Source of the DNA: Pachysolen tannophilus NRRL Y-2460
Lineage: Eukaryota
Assembly (NCBI GenBank): GCA_001661245.1
Contig: KV454015.1
Coordinates: 1-64,000 of the forward strand
DNA: 64,000 bases
Reading direction: 5' to 3'
Both the position numbers and the translations under genes were made by a program. Positions 31,858 through 43,161 of this stretch are shown here, one piece after another (positions within the stretch are counted from its first letter, which is position 1; every line of letters begins with the position of its first letter). The notes beneath the pieces are model-generated. The model saw only the letters and a program-made list of their open reading frames with translations. It was not told where the DNA came from and ran no database searches.

Positions 31858-33780
31858 ATGATCATGTCACTGTCAGAATTTGTATATCAAGCATTAAAAT
31901 TACTTTTGAAAAGGCTGAATGCAGATTACGATGATGGTACTGATGAACCAACGATTTCAAATCCTACAGATGATGGTGATTTAGAAGAATCTAATCCAGT
32001 TGCTGAGGAGATTTTTTCTTCTTGGGCATTATTCATATTGTTATTCTTATTGTGTTCTGCTCTATGGTCATCTTTTTACTTACAGCAAAGGCGTATTAAG
32101 AGTATTCATGAAACTGTCTTGTCTATCTTTTACGGAATGGTGGTTGGTTTAATCATTAGAGTATCCCCTGGGCATTATATACAAAATGCTGTTAAATTTA
32201 ATAGTGGATATTTTTTCAATATCTTGTTACCACCAATTATTTTAAATTCTGGTTATGAATTGCATCAAGCTAATTTTTTCAGAAATATTGGATCCATTTT
32301 AACTTTTGCTATTCCTGGAACATTCATAAGTGCAATTGTTTTAGGAATCATCTTGTATATTTGGACAAAATTAGGATTAGAAAGTATAAATATTCAATTT
32401 GTTGATGCTTTAGCAGTTGGTGCAACATTAAGTGCAACAGACCCAGTCACTATTTTAAGTATTTTTAATGCTTATAAAGTAGACCCAAAATTATACACTA
32501 TAATATTTGGTGAATCATTATTAAATGATGCCATTTCCATTGTTATGTTTGAAACATGTCAGAAATTTCATGGAAAAGACCCTCAGTTTAGTTCTCTTAT
32601 TGAAGGTATTGGTATATTTTTGGTTACTTTCACAATCAGTTTGGTTATAGGATTAATACTGGGACTTTTAATTGCTTTAATTTTAAAACATTCTCATATC
32701 AGAAGATATCCTCAAATTGAAAGTTGTCTAGTATTATTATTTGCTTATGAATCTTATTTTTTTTCAAATGGTTGTCACATGTCTGGTATTGTTAGTTTAT
32801 TATTTTGTGGAATTACTTTAAAACATTATGCTTATTTTAACATGTCCAGAAGAACACAAATAGCAACCAAATACATATTTCAATTATTAGCACAATTATC
32901 TGAAAATTTCATATTCATTTATTTAGGATTGTCTTTGTTTACAGAAGTTGAATTGGTTTTCAAACCGTTATTAATAATAATAACTACAATTTCCATTTGT
33001 ATAGCAAGATATTGTTCTGTGTTCCCTCTATCAAGACTGCTCAATTGGGTTATGAGAAAAAGACAAATGGCAAGAGATTCAGGCTCAGTTCAAGATGAAA
33101 TGCCTTACAATTATCAAATGATGACCTTTTGGGCTGGCTTAAGAGGAGCAGTGGGTGTAGCTTTAGCAATGGGTTTACAAGGAGAGTTTAAAAGTACCTT
33201 ATTAGCAACTGTCTTGGTGGTTGTTGTGCTCACAGTCATTTTATTTGGGGGAACAACGGCTGGTATGTTAGAAATTTTAAATATCAAAACCGGTTGTGTT
33301 GATGAAGTGGAGAGTGATGACGAATTCGATATTGAAGCAGGTATAACCAGTGATAATGACGCTCAACGGGCTACAAAAATTGACAATAATATACCGATGT
33401 ATTCAACGTATTCAGATCAAGTTTATCGTTCAAGAACATCTTCACAAACCAATTTAGATGGTGACAACGTATACAGTGATGATGCAATGGATGTTGCATC
33501 AGTTTCGAACTCACCTGCAAACAGTGAACTTATTACAAATGATTTAGGTGACATTCCACCTTTAGCACAGACAGCAATGGTAAATTCGTCGTTCAATAAT
33601 CCACAGAGCATTAATAACAGTAATAACAGTATCAACAATAATAATAAGAGTGCTTCTTCAAATAATTTGATGAATTTAACGAACATTTTGGATGACCACG
33701 CCAAGTGGTTTATGGATTTTGACGAAAACATCATCAAACCTTTTGTTTTAGATAGCAATCAAAAAAGAAACGGTACATAG
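31858..33780 (+). CDS. NHX1: Endosomal Na+(K+)/H+ exchanger
   Basis: 'FFNILLPPIILNSGY', 'SATDPVTILSIF', 'FGESLLNDA', 'WAGLRGAVG'. Confidence 0.97.
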   Translation: MIMSLSEFVYQALKLLLKRLNADYDDGTDEPTISNPTDDGDLEESNPVAEEIFSSWALFILLFLLCSALWSSFYLQQRRIKSIHETVLSIFYGMVVGLIIRVSPGHYIQNAVKFNSGYFFNILLPPIILNSGYELHQANFFRNIGSILTFAIPGTFISAIVLGIILYIWTKLGLESINIQFVDALAVGATLSATDPVTILSIFNAYKVDPKLYTIIFGESLLNDAISIVMFETCQKFHGKDPQFSSLIEGIGIFLVTFTISLVIGLILGLLIALILKHSHIRRYPQIESCLVLLFAYESYFFSNGCHMSGIVSLLFCGITLKHYAYFNMSRRTQIATKYIFQLLAQLSENFIFIYLGLSLFTEVELVFKPLLIIITTISICIARYCSVFPLSRLLNWVMRKRQMARDSGSVQDEMPYNYQMMTFWAGLRGAVGVALAMGLQGEFKSTLLATVLVVVVLTVILFGGTTAGMLEILNIKTGCVDEVESDDEFDIEAGITSDNDAQRATKIDNNIPMYSTYSDQVYRSRTSSQTNLDGDNVYSDDAMDVASVSNSPANSELITNDLGDIPPLAQTAMVNSSFNNPQSINNSNNSINNNNKSASSNNLMNLTNILDDHAKWFMDFDENIIKPFVLDSNQKRNGT

Positions 33781-34105
33781 TTTTAGCCTGTTAGTATATA
33801 ATCTAGTTTCATTTATTTGTTAGTTAAGTTTACAATAAGTAAATACAAAATTAATACATGTATCGATCATATTCAATTACTGAATATCAATTTCTGTACA
33901 GGAATTTGGGTATGAAAGATGAATACAGATGGACATTAAACAAAAAAGAAAAAAAAAAAAAAATACAAAACTCAAAACTCAAAAATAAGAGCGTTAAACA
34001 AAAGAAGTACAACAAAAAAAAAAAAAAAAAAAAAATGGAAATAAACTTGAGTAAATATAAAATAATAAAACTAAAAACATTTGAAATCTTAATGGTGCTG
34101 ACAAC

Positions 34106-37100
34106 CTAGTTGTTAAACGTATCCACATATCCTCGTCTTGGGCCATTGCGTCCTTTTTTTCTTGTAGTTGAAGCAGCGCTTGCCATGTTTAGTATGTCAT
34201 CCAATTCATTTGATGAAGAAGTCTTGGCCCGCGCACTAGGAAAGTTCTGGTGAGCTATAGGAGGTGAAGCGGATGACGGACCTGATGAGTGCGTGGAAGA
34301 AAACGACATTGGAGGTAATGGAGCTTCAGAGTTTTTCTTTTTCTTAATAGTTGGAGGCGGAGGTGGTGGTGTTGACTCCGTTTCTTGTGATGACGCATCT
34401 TTATTTACCCATCTCTTTAGTTTCTCATCGAAATAAAATGAATTTGAATCACCTAACTTCGCCTTATATACCTTAGGCTCATCCTTGTTTGGATTCTGAA
34501 ATAATCCAAAAAGCCAACCACTATGTTGTTTACCTTCTTTCTCATTCTTTTTTCTGTCCTCTTCCTTTTGTCTTTGTTCTCTTTTTTCCTTATCCTCCCT
34601 CTCCTTCCTCGTTCTTTCCTCGCGCTCGCTATCTTTTTCTTCTTCTTCATCATCCTCATCTTCATCATGGACAACATCAAGATCATAATCATCATCAAAA
34701 TCAGTAGCACTAGCGTTTAAGGAACCAGTTTTTGATTCACCCGAAGGTTGATAAGCATTGCCGTATGGCCCCACACTTGGCGTAAATGTTGAGTTTCTTG
34801 GTTTGAAGCGATCAAAGTGAGATTCTGGTTCAGGGAAATCAGCCTTGAAATTATCATTGAGAGTCGCCGGAGCAAAATTACTATTCTCTTGCTTTCCTGT
34901 AACTTCCTCCAATTCCTCGTTTATATTATTGCTTTCTTCCATCAGTTTCGAATTGTTACTGTTTACTTTTGGAACACTATAACCGGCATACGAATATATA
35001 TCAAAATCATTCATAACTGAAGCATATATATTTTCAGTTTCACTTTTAGTCTCATCTTCAACATTCTTCTGAATTTCTCCCCCAGCAGGTGCATACTTAT
35101 TGGTGGAAGTCCTTCTAGACAGATTAGCCATGATATTTGAATAAGGATTATTGTATTTTATTGAGGCATTTCTAGAATTTTGCACCGGAACAGATGTCGT
35201 CTCAGAAGGAATATTAGAAGTTGGATTTAATGACTGAGAGTCGGCAACGCTTGGCTGCTTACTGATAGTAGAACTTCTTCTTGATTGACGCACTGATGAC
35301 AGATATAATGAATTCTGGAGTGGTTTTGTGGGCAAATCCGTGACTTTAGAGGGTGTTTGCTGCAGATGATGAAAAGCTTCAACTTCAGGAATATGCGGTG
35401 ATTTTGAATCAGAATGATCATTCAGCTGTTGATTTTGATCTTGCAGCTTGACCTGTTTCGAAACTGTAGAGTCATTATCACGTGTATATTTTGTCTCTGA
35501 GTTTGTATTTGATGAAACAATACGAGAGGGAGTAGCAGATAAAGCACTTCCTGACGGTAAACTTGAAACTAGCTGGCCCTTCAAATTTGGGTTTGATTTA
35601 TAATTTGGAAGGGGTGTACGAGTCGTCGAACCTTCAACAGGTATATTGGTCAGTGGTATTGGGGTATGCGCCAGAAAATTCGAATTGTGCTTGGAAAGCG
35701 ACAGGCTACTCCTTTTCAGAATTTCCGATCTTTGATTAAGAGAAAAAGTACCGATTTCTGATCCTCTTCTGCTCAAACCATCCTGTGGTATAGTAGAAGT
35801 TCCATTATCAAATTGATTTGAAGAAGATGCAGGGGCAGAGTTAACGAAAGCAGTGCTTTTTGCGTGAGGATTATTAAAATACCCTGTGGAATGTGATGTT
35901 GTTGTTAAATCCAAAGCTGACTGATTACGGGAAAGCGAAGGACTGAAGTTGTTGAAAGTATCATCATGTGGCTTTTTTGGAGTGGATTCTTCACCTGAAA
36001 TAAATTTGGTAAACCCTTTATCTAAAATACCTAATGCCACATTACCAAACCAATTAGATTCGCCTAAATCAGCAACTCTCGAATTAATATGGTTCAATTC
36101 AGTTAAAACGTTAGATGAGATTGGTATATTCTTCACTGACTTTATTAAAGAAGAGACATGATCAGTATATTTCCTTGCCTCTGTGGTTGCTCCATAGTCT
36201 AAAAGTATTGAAGCATGTTGGACATGTACTACTAATCTTTGATTGAAAGACTCTGGTGTCTCTGGTAACTTCAGATATTGGGTCAAAATTTCCGTTATAA
36301 TCAAATTTTCAATCAGTTGTGCATCCGAACGAACTAAGGAAAACACGATATCTGTGTTTGCTATAGGGAATGGACTCAATGGAATCCCCGCTAATAGTAA
36401 GCAAATATGACCCAAATCAATTCTATTTTTACGGATTAACAAACATCCAAATTGCGCTAAAAATTCATTCGCATTTGTCACATTTTTTAGTAATAGACTT
36501 AAAAACAAATTGAAATTTTCGATTAAAAACTGTAATGAATCACTATCTGAGTATAAATTTTGAATTAATGATTCGGCCTTACCAGTTAAAGTATGAAGTA
36601 AAAAGTAAAGAATTCGAGATGAAGGTGAAGTATCATTGAAGTAAGAGTTAAGAAATTGACTAGTGACATATTGTACTTCATTTTCACCAATTCCAGAAGC
36701 AAGTATCAAAGCTAAATCAAACATTTTATAAGAAAGAACTAAGTCTAAAGCTTCTTTCTTTTGCCCATTTTGCAAAAATAAAAATAAACGTACGTAGAAA
36801 TCTTTATTTAACAGAGTTAATTGATGATTTGCTGGAACAAAATTTGTTGGCATTGCAACATTAAAGGGGGCATTCTGGTCTAACAGTTTAATGATCGGTG
36901 TAAAATTGGATATAGTTCCATCGCCTGCTACTATTTCATTAGCAATTATAAAAAGCAACAATGAGTTGAAGTTTTGAGGGTCATTTTTAGTGATATCTTC
37001 TATCTTTTTAGTAAGATAATCAGTGATTTTCTTTTTGGTAAGACCTTTAACAGGGCCAAAAGACTTATCAATGGAATTTAAACTTATAAGCTGATCAATA

Positions 37101-40100
37101 TCAGTAACTTTAATAGTTCCTTTCAAAGAATTTCTTATAACCACTTTCTTTCCTCTACTGAAGCGAATAAATGAAACGTTACCGGGTTGTGTGTTTAGTT
37201 GATGAGATGGAGTAAAATTGGAAACACCATGAATATCTCTTGGCTGCAGTTCATATCTTGAATAACCATCAGTGGGTAAACTCGGATTTTGAGCCTTATT
37301 CTGCAGGTTATATCCTGAAATAGGAGCAGCAGTAGCAATTTGTGGAGGGGCTGGATAGCCTTGAGAAACTGAAGTTGGGGCCTGAAAATTATTACTAGTA
37401 GATGCTGCAATTTGCTGAACAGGTTGATAATTTGCGGCTTGTGGAAATCCAACAGTAGGCGATTGCAAATGTACATTTTGCTGCTGCTGTTGATTCAAAA
37501 CCGGAGAATAAACAGAGTTGCCGTTTGATAATTCAGAAGGGCCATATGGATTTTGGGTATTAACAGCCTGATGAATAGCTTGTTTGTGTTGTTGCTGTTG
37601 CTTTTGCTGTTGCTGTTGCTGCATATCAATGTCTTGTGCAGCATTATAAGGTTTGAAACTTGGTGGCACGGCTGCTGCGTATTTAGAATTCAACGGAGCA
37701 TAATGATTCTGCAGATAACTTGAAACTTTTTTCTCCTGTGGAGGAGGTTCGAAGGAATTAGAAGTTTGAGAATGAGAAACACTTCTTGCAGTATGTGTGG
37801 CAGCTGGAGTTAACACACCAGATTCCAGTTCCAGAAAAGGAAATTGTTGATGTTGAGGCAGATACGGAGATAGTTGATAACTTTGTTGTTGCTGAGTTTG
37901 TGGTGGTGGCACATATTGCTGTGGTTGATACTGTTGTTGTTGATGCTGCGGCAGTAACTGAGGTGGCTGCTTTTGTAAGTTGTACAGCGGTTGCTGTTGT
38001 GCTGGAAGGTATGACCCATTAGGAGGACCCTGGGTTATATTTAAACTAGTTGGAGGAATGTTATTATGAGCCATTCCAAATGTAGCAGCACTATGAACAG
38101 GAGAATATTGACCCAACGAACTGCTTGCATCTGAAACCTTCCTACTATGATCTGTTATTGAAAGAGCTCTTGTTGGAGCTGGAGGAGAAAATTTAGAACT
38201 AGTTAAACTTAAATTTGGCGATGGACGTTGCGGCTGAGGGTGTGATATTGGTGGAGAACCAAAATTATGTTGCAGAAAAGATTGTGGACGAAATGCTGCA
38301 TTTCTTGACATTGCCAAATGTGGAGGTGGTGGTAATGGATTATTTTGTTGATGCTGCAGATGTTTTTTCTCCAAGAGAGAAGAATAAGGATTATCTTTTT
38401 TCCTTGGAACTAAATTACTTGATGAAATAATTGGTAAATCTTCAAAAAATTTCTTTGGCAGCTTCTTATTTTGATCTTTTTGTGGTTGTTGTGATATATA
38501 TTGCTGCTGTGGTTGTTGTTGTTGTTGTTGTTGTCGATTAATGTTATAATAAGCTGGTTCATATATGTTTCCAGTGCTACGATTATTCATGTTTTCACGA
38601 TTTCTATATTGAGATGCAGTAGTTGAAATGGATTCGTTTGAAGAAAATAAAGATTCTTGAAAAATATTTGAAATATTTGACTGCAGAAATGGTTCATTTT
38701 CATGCTCTTGGCCATATGGATGGTCATGTTCTGGCAAGAGATCATTATCGTCATCAAGAAATCCAAATTCTGTTTCATTTTCTTCTTCTTTATCAAAATC
38801 AGGTATGATCACCTCTTTTGTAGATTCTTTTTGCTCTTGAATTTCTTTCTCTTGATTTTCTTGCTTTTGATTTTGATTTTCTTGATTTTGATTTTCTTGA
38901 ATTTCATGCTCTATAGACTCTTCCTGTTGTTGTTGCTGGTTATTCCATGGTTCCCAATGTCCTTCATCATTGTCCTTGTTATGTTCTTCCTTGGTTTCTA
39001 CGTGTTTAGCTGATTCGTTTGGCGTATTTGTATCTAAATTTGAAGTTACATGCTTAGCTGAAATTGGATCCAATTCAACATCCAAGTCTTCTTCCCATGG
39101 CAATTTTTCATTTTTGCTTGAATTAAATTCTAATTTTTCCTTTGGAGTAGATGATTCCAGCAGGCCTTGTTGAAAGCCGTGCATGTCTTTGAGATCTTTC
39201 TGTTCTTTCGGTTCTTTTAGTTCTTTCGAGTTTTCTAGTTCTTGCAGTTCTTGCAGTTCTCGCAGTTCTTGTAGATCTTGCAGATCTTGCAGGTCCAGTA
39301 AATTTATATTTAGCGATTGGTTCGGTGACAGAGTAGAAATTTGTTCAACTGGATGATTAGTTGGTTTTGTAAATTCTAAATTTTCTTCCCAAGGTAATGC
39401 ATTATTATCACTAATTTCAATAGGTTCGGTCTTTTCTTGAAATATCCCTGTACCTTTAATTTCTTGGAAAGATGGAGAATTTGGTTGTTGCTGTGGTTGT
39501 ATTTCTTCATTTTTTTCTTCAAGTAATGTTTCTTCTTCTTGCTCCCATGGCAATTTTCCAGTTTCGGGCAGCTCAGATGCAAATAAATTTGATAATTGTT
39601 CTTTATCATTAATAGGAGACTGTGGCAGATTTCCAATTTCATTATTAGTGTTAACTGAAGAATTGTCAATTGCGCCTTGATTCAGTAGCACTTTTGATTC
39701 ATCAACTTCTTTAGTATCTAAAGTATTTGTAATATCTTTATTATGTTTGCCGCTTAGAAGTTCCAGTTCTGCTGAACCTTGTTCTAATTCCAAAGTGCTT
39801 TGCTCAATTCCTTGCTCTAGCAAAGGTGAAACCAACACTCCATGCTTCTGTTCATGCTTCTCTTCATCGATATCTTGAGCGCTGTCATTAGCGCTATTAT
39901 TAGCGCTAATGATAGCATTTTCTTCAACGTTTTCTTCACTTTTATCTTTACCGCCGTTGAAAAGCTCATCTCCGCCACTTGAACTTTTTTCTGAAAATCC
40001 CGCCACCGACTGCGACTCTTTCAATTCATTACTAAACTCCACACCATCAGAACCACCAGTCTCATTCGTAACTTCATCTCCAAAATTAACTCCCGCCCTC

Positions 40101-40207
40101 AAATTCACATTATCAATTGTCAATGGTTCTTGTTGAGATTCAATTTTTTCTTTTAGATTTTCATCAATAGAACCCGCCAACTCTTTTCCATCACCATCAA
40201 CAGACAT
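34106..40207 (-). CDS. SEC16: COPII coat assembly / ER exit-site protein Sec16
   Basis: About 2030 aa, mostly disordered, with a central helical domain and C-terminal 'YKAKLGDSNSFYFDEKLKRWVNK...PPPPP...RRGYVD'. First ATG is at 40207. Confidence 0.9.
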   Translation of the reverse strand: MSVDGDGKELAGSIDENLKEKIESQQEPLTIDNVNLRAGVNFGDEVTNETGGSDGVEFSNELKESQSVAGFSEKSSSGGDELFNGGKDKSEENVEENAIISANNSANDSAQDIDEEKHEQKHGVLVSPLLEQGIEQSTLELEQGSAELELLSGKHNKDITNTLDTKEVDESKVLLNQGAIDNSSVNTNNEIGNLPQSPINDKEQLSNLFASELPETGKLPWEQEEETLLEEKNEEIQPQQQPNSPSFQEIKGTGIFQEKTEPIEISDNNALPWEENLEFTKPTNHPVEQISTLSPNQSLNINLLDLQDLQDLQELRELQELQELENSKELKEPKEQKDLKDMHGFQQGLLESSTPKEKLEFNSSKNEKLPWEEDLDVELDPISAKHVTSNLDTNTPNESAKHVETKEEHNKDNDEGHWEPWNNQQQQQEESIEHEIQENQNQENQNQKQENQEKEIQEQKESTKEVIIPDFDKEEENETEFGFLDDDNDLLPEHDHPYGQEHENEPFLQSNISNIFQESLFSSNESISTTASQYRNRENMNNRSTGNIYEPAYYNINRQQQQQQQPQQQYISQQPQKDQNKKLPKKFFEDLPIISSSNLVPRKKDNPYSSLLEKKHLQHQQNNPLPPPPHLAMSRNAAFRPQSFLQHNFGSPPISHPQPQRPSPNLSLTSSKFSPPAPTRALSITDHSRKVSDASSSLGQYSPVHSAATFGMAHNNIPPTSLNITQGPPNGSYLPAQQQPLYNLQKQPPQLLPQHQQQQYQPQQYVPPPQTQQQQSYQLSPYLPQHQQFPFLELESGVLTPAATHTARSVSHSQTSNSFEPPPQEKKVSSYLQNHYAPLNSKYAAAVPPSFKPYNAAQDIDMQQQQQQKQQQQHKQAIHQAVNTQNPYGPSELSNGNSVYSPVLNQQQQQNVHLQSPTVGFPQAANYQPVQQIAASTSNNFQAPTSVSQGYPAPPQIATAAPISGYNLQNKAQNPSLPTDGYSRYELQPRDIHGVSNFTPSHQLNTQPGNVSFIRFSRGKKVVIRNSLKGTIKVTDIDQLISLNSIDKSFGPVKGLTKKKITDYLTKKIEDITKNDPQNFNSLLLFIIANEIVAGDGTISNFTPIIKLLDQNAPFNVAMPTNFVPANHQLTLLNKDFYVRLFLFLQNGQKKEALDLVLSYKMFDLALILASGIGENEVQYVTSQFLNSYFNDTSPSSRILYFLLHTLTGKAESLIQNLYSDSDSLQFLIENFNLFLSLLLKNVTNANEFLAQFGCLLIRKNRIDLGHICLLLAGIPLSPFPIANTDIVFSLVRSDAQLIENLIITEILTQYLKLPETPESFNQRLVVHVQHASILLDYGATTEARKYTDHVSSLIKSVKNIPISSNVLTELNHINSRVADLGESNWFGNVALGILDKGFTKFISGEESTPKKPHDDTFNNFSPSLSRNQSALDLTTTSHSTGYFNNPHAKSTAFVNSAPASSSNQFDNGTSTIPQDGLSRRGSEIGTFSLNQRSEILKRSSLSLSKHNSNFLAHTPIPLTNIPVEGSTTRTPLPNYKSNPNLKGQLVSSLPSGSALSATPSRIVSSNTNSETKYTRDNDSTVSKQVKLQDQNQQLNDHSDSKSPHIPEVEAFHHLQQTPSKVTDLPTKPLQNSLYLSSVRQSRRSSTISKQPSVADSQSLNPTSNIPSETTSVPVQNSRNASIKYNNPYSNIMANLSRRTSTNKYAPAGGEIQKNVEDETKSETENIYASVMNDFDIYSYAGYSVPKVNSNNSKLMEESNNINEELEEVTGKQENSNFAPATLNDNFKADFPEPESHFDRFKPRNSTFTPSVGPYGNAYQPSGESKTGSLNASATDFDDDYDLDVVHDEDEDDEEEEKDSEREERTRKEREDKEKREQRQKEEDRKKNEKEGKQHSGWLFGLFQNPNKDEPKVYKAKLGDSNSFYFDEKLKRWVNKDASSQETESTPPPPPPTIKKKKNSEAPLPPMSFSSTHSSGPSSASPPIAHQNFPSARAKTSSSNELDDILNMASAASTTRKKGRNGPRRGYVDTFNN
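39186..39298 (-). repeat. Degenerate 9-bp coding minisatellite in SEC16 (CTGCAAGAA-like, about 12 units)
   Basis: Minus-strand units ctgcaagat / ctacaagaa / ctgcgagaa / ctgcaagaa / ctaaaagaa / ccgaaagaa. Confidence 0.75.
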
Positions 40208-40675
40208 CCTTAATATCCTGTTCACTTATATCTATATCTATATATATATATATATATATATCAGAAAACTATCAATAACAATAATTCAAAAAAATTGTTG
40301 GATTCAAGCTAAACGCCGTCACTTTTAATAGACGCTCTATCTTAAAAACCTCTTCTTCTTCTTCTACTTATTTCTTATTATTTCTTTTTCTCTCTCTTTT
40401 TTTCAACTGTTTACATTTTAAAGCTACTAAATTTTCATGGAAGAGATTTTCGGGAAATTTTTTTTTTTTTGGAATTTTGTGTTTCTTGAGAACGACTTTA
40501 TTTGTTTTTGGTTTGTTAGTAAGAAAAGTTAAACAGTTAAACAGTTTAACAGTTAAAAATATGACTTGTTCTTATATATATATATATATATATATGATTT
40601 GATATTACTTTTTTTTTTTTTTCTTTTGATCACTATTGACTGTGAGAGGATCTTTATAATTTGAAATTGTTGAAG

Positions 40676-42577
40676 ATGAATGGAGAAGGTGACTATTTGA
40701 TTAGTGTTAAATTGGTTTCAGTTTATGGTCTTGTTCGGAATGAGTTTCGGGTATCTCCTGATGATAAGGTTAAAGATATTAAATTAATAATTATTAATAA
40801 TTTGGTTGATGGATATGATGTTAGTGTGGATAAAGTTAAGTTGATTTATTTTAGTAGGATTTTGGATAAGGATGATGATTTGGTGAAGAATGTTTTGAAT
40901 GTGAATGAGTCGAATAAGGGGAATGTTTTCATTTTACATTTTACGTTGATCTTGAATGATGTTCAGGCGGCAAGCGGAAGAAGAAGTGGTAGTACAAGAT
41001 TTGGACAGGTAGCGGTAGGAGAAGAGCCTAATATCGGTAGTAGTAGTAGTACTAGCAATAGCGCCAGTAATACCACCAGTAGCGCTGATAGCGCTACTGC
41101 TGCTAACGCTGCTACTGGTGCTACTGGTGTTGGTGCCACTGCTACTAACGCTGCTACTGCTAATGCAGATTCTTCTGCTGGTACTAGAAGTGCTGATGAT
41201 ATTCAAGAAATGCCTATAGGTGAGTTCAAATTGGTTTTATCCGATGGAAGAGTAGCTACTTCTGGTACACAGTCTTTTGATATTTTAAAATTGAATGATG
41301 AAAGTTTTTTCGTCAATCAATTGGATTTATCATCAAAATTTTATGAAATTTCAATAACACTTCCAAATAATCAAATTAAAAAAATTAAACTTTCATCAAA
41401 TCAATGTATTATTAACGATACAGGAGATCATACACCTTACCTATTGATCAATAGAACAGGTGTTAACCTGATACAGCAAGTACTTGGAGTTCAACTTTCA
41501 CAAGTAAGATTAACAATAATGCCACCAATTGCAAATACAGATAATAGAGGGTATAATAGAATTTATAATGGAAGGGTTAATAGATGGTATAGGTGGGAAA
41601 GAAATGGTAATAATAATAATAATAATAACAATAATAACAATAATAATGAAATGAATGAAAATCAAATTTGGGATGGAATTAGATTATTTGGACATAATTT
41701 TAATAATATTAGATGGAGAGAATTACCATTATTGATACATGATTATTCTATTTATATTATTAATCTTTTATATACAAGTACTTTACTTGTTTTCAGAAAC
41801 GGTGGATTTAAAAGATTTTTCAAATTTTTGATAAATTTTAGTAAAATTTTTTTATTTTTAAGTTTATTAAATTATAAATATGAATTATCAAAGAAAAGAC
41901 CAATTCTTTTCAATTTTTTGTTATTGATATCAATATTATACAATATATTGAATGAAGAAAATTTGAATTGTTTTGAACAAATTGTTAATTTGGATTTACA
42001 TGGAATTCCAAGAAGAGAACTTATTATGAATTCTATTAATAAATTGAAAAATTATAGATCACTAATCTATACAAGATTACAAATGATTAGTACTAAAGTT
42101 ATTATTTTCATAATAGGAAATAATAGAAATGGATTAAACGTTCAAGGTGATAATAATGAAAATAATGCAATAATGAAATTAGTCAATAATAACAATAATT
42201 TTAATTTTTTCATCAAATATTTTATAATTTTACTACAAGATATATTATGTCTCTTTGTCACTTTAATACCGGACTACTATATCATTTTTAACTATGAAAT
42301 TATTAGAAAACACTCAAAAGTCGAAAAGGACAGAATGGAACATTCACAAAGAAACGAAAATGGGAACTTGACAATAGATAACTCCAACAATGTTGCTGTA
42401 GCATCAGGAATTGCATTAGGACATGCCACTAGAGAAAACTCTAGAGGAAACTCAATAGATAGCTCAACAGATAGCTCAGAAGATGCCTCAAGAACAATCA
42501 CAGCAAACAGGCACAGAAACATTGGCCAAGGTACCGATACTACCATTGCTCAAACCGCTGCTCAAGACACTCAATGA
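40676..42577 (+). CDS. USA1: Ubiquitin-like-domain ER membrane protein, Usa1/HERP-like ERAD scaffold
   Basis: N-terminal UBL-like segment ('VKDIK...VKLIYFSRIL') and C-terminal TM segments. It lies in the RAD52-NDC1-RCF1-USA1-TSA1 synteny block. First ATG is at 40676. Confidence 0.65.
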   Translation: MNGEGDYLISVKLVSVYGLVRNEFRVSPDDKVKDIKLIIINNLVDGYDVSVDKVKLIYFSRILDKDDDLVKNVLNVNESNKGNVFILHFTLILNDVQAASGRRSGSTRFGQVAVGEEPNIGSSSSTSNSASNTTSSADSATAANAATGATGVGATATNAATANADSSAGTRSADDIQEMPIGEFKLVLSDGRVATSGTQSFDILKLNDESFFVNQLDLSSKFYEISITLPNNQIKKIKLSSNQCIINDTGDHTPYLLINRTGVNLIQQVLGVQLSQVRLTIMPPIANTDNRGYNRIYNGRVNRWYRWERNGNNNNNNNNNNNNNEMNENQIWDGIRLFGHNFNNIRWRELPLLIHDYSIYIINLLYTSTLLVFRNGGFKRFFKFLINFSKIFLFLSLLNYKYELSKKRPILFNFLLLISILYNILNEENLNCFEQIVNLDLHGIPRRELIMNSINKLKNYRSLIYTRLQMISTKVIIFIIGNNRNGLNVQGDNNENNAIMKLVNNNNNFNFFIKYFIILLQDILCLFVTLIPDYYIIFNYEIIRKHSKVEKDRMEHSQRNENGNLTIDNSNNVAVASGIALGHATRENSRGNSIDSSTDSSEDASRTITANRHRNIGQGTDTTIAQTAAQDTQ

Positions 42578-43161
42578 ATGAATGAATAAATAAATGAATA
42601 AATGGACCACAATGTGAAGAAAAGAAAAGAAAAGAGTAGTGAAAAAAGTGTAAAAAAACCAATCTTAGTCGTCGTGTGTAGTGTGCAAATATTAATGGCA
42701 CGTATATTTACTAAATTCTGTCATTTTGTAAATTTTTTTTTTTTTTTTTTTTTTTTTTGAAGAAAAAAACTCTCACCATGTAGTAGTAAACTATGCAGAC
42801 TGTTTTTATCAACATTTTACAAACTTCAAAATTACAATAAAAATTATACTGTATTGTCAAAATACTTTATTCATTAATTTAGTTGTTAGAATATTTGGTA
42901 GTATAGTGTATTCCTTAGACTATAGGCTATTTTAGAAAAGTTTTACTAAAGAAATAAATAAATTTTCTTTTATTTATTTTTTTTTTTGCAAAACTCAAAT
43001 TCAAATTCATATTATAATTTATCGTCACGTTCTACCTATTGTTCCTGTATATAAAAGAAATTCATTATTGAGGTTTTATTTTATAAAAGTTTAAACCGTA
43101 TTTCATTAGTATCTTTGCGATTGCTGTTGTTTTTTTTTTGTTTTTTGTTTTTTGTTGAATA

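Noticed and set aside
34453..40136. Many short ORFs overlapping SEC16
   Set aside because: Shadow frames of a long low-complexity CDS, with no independent coding signal.
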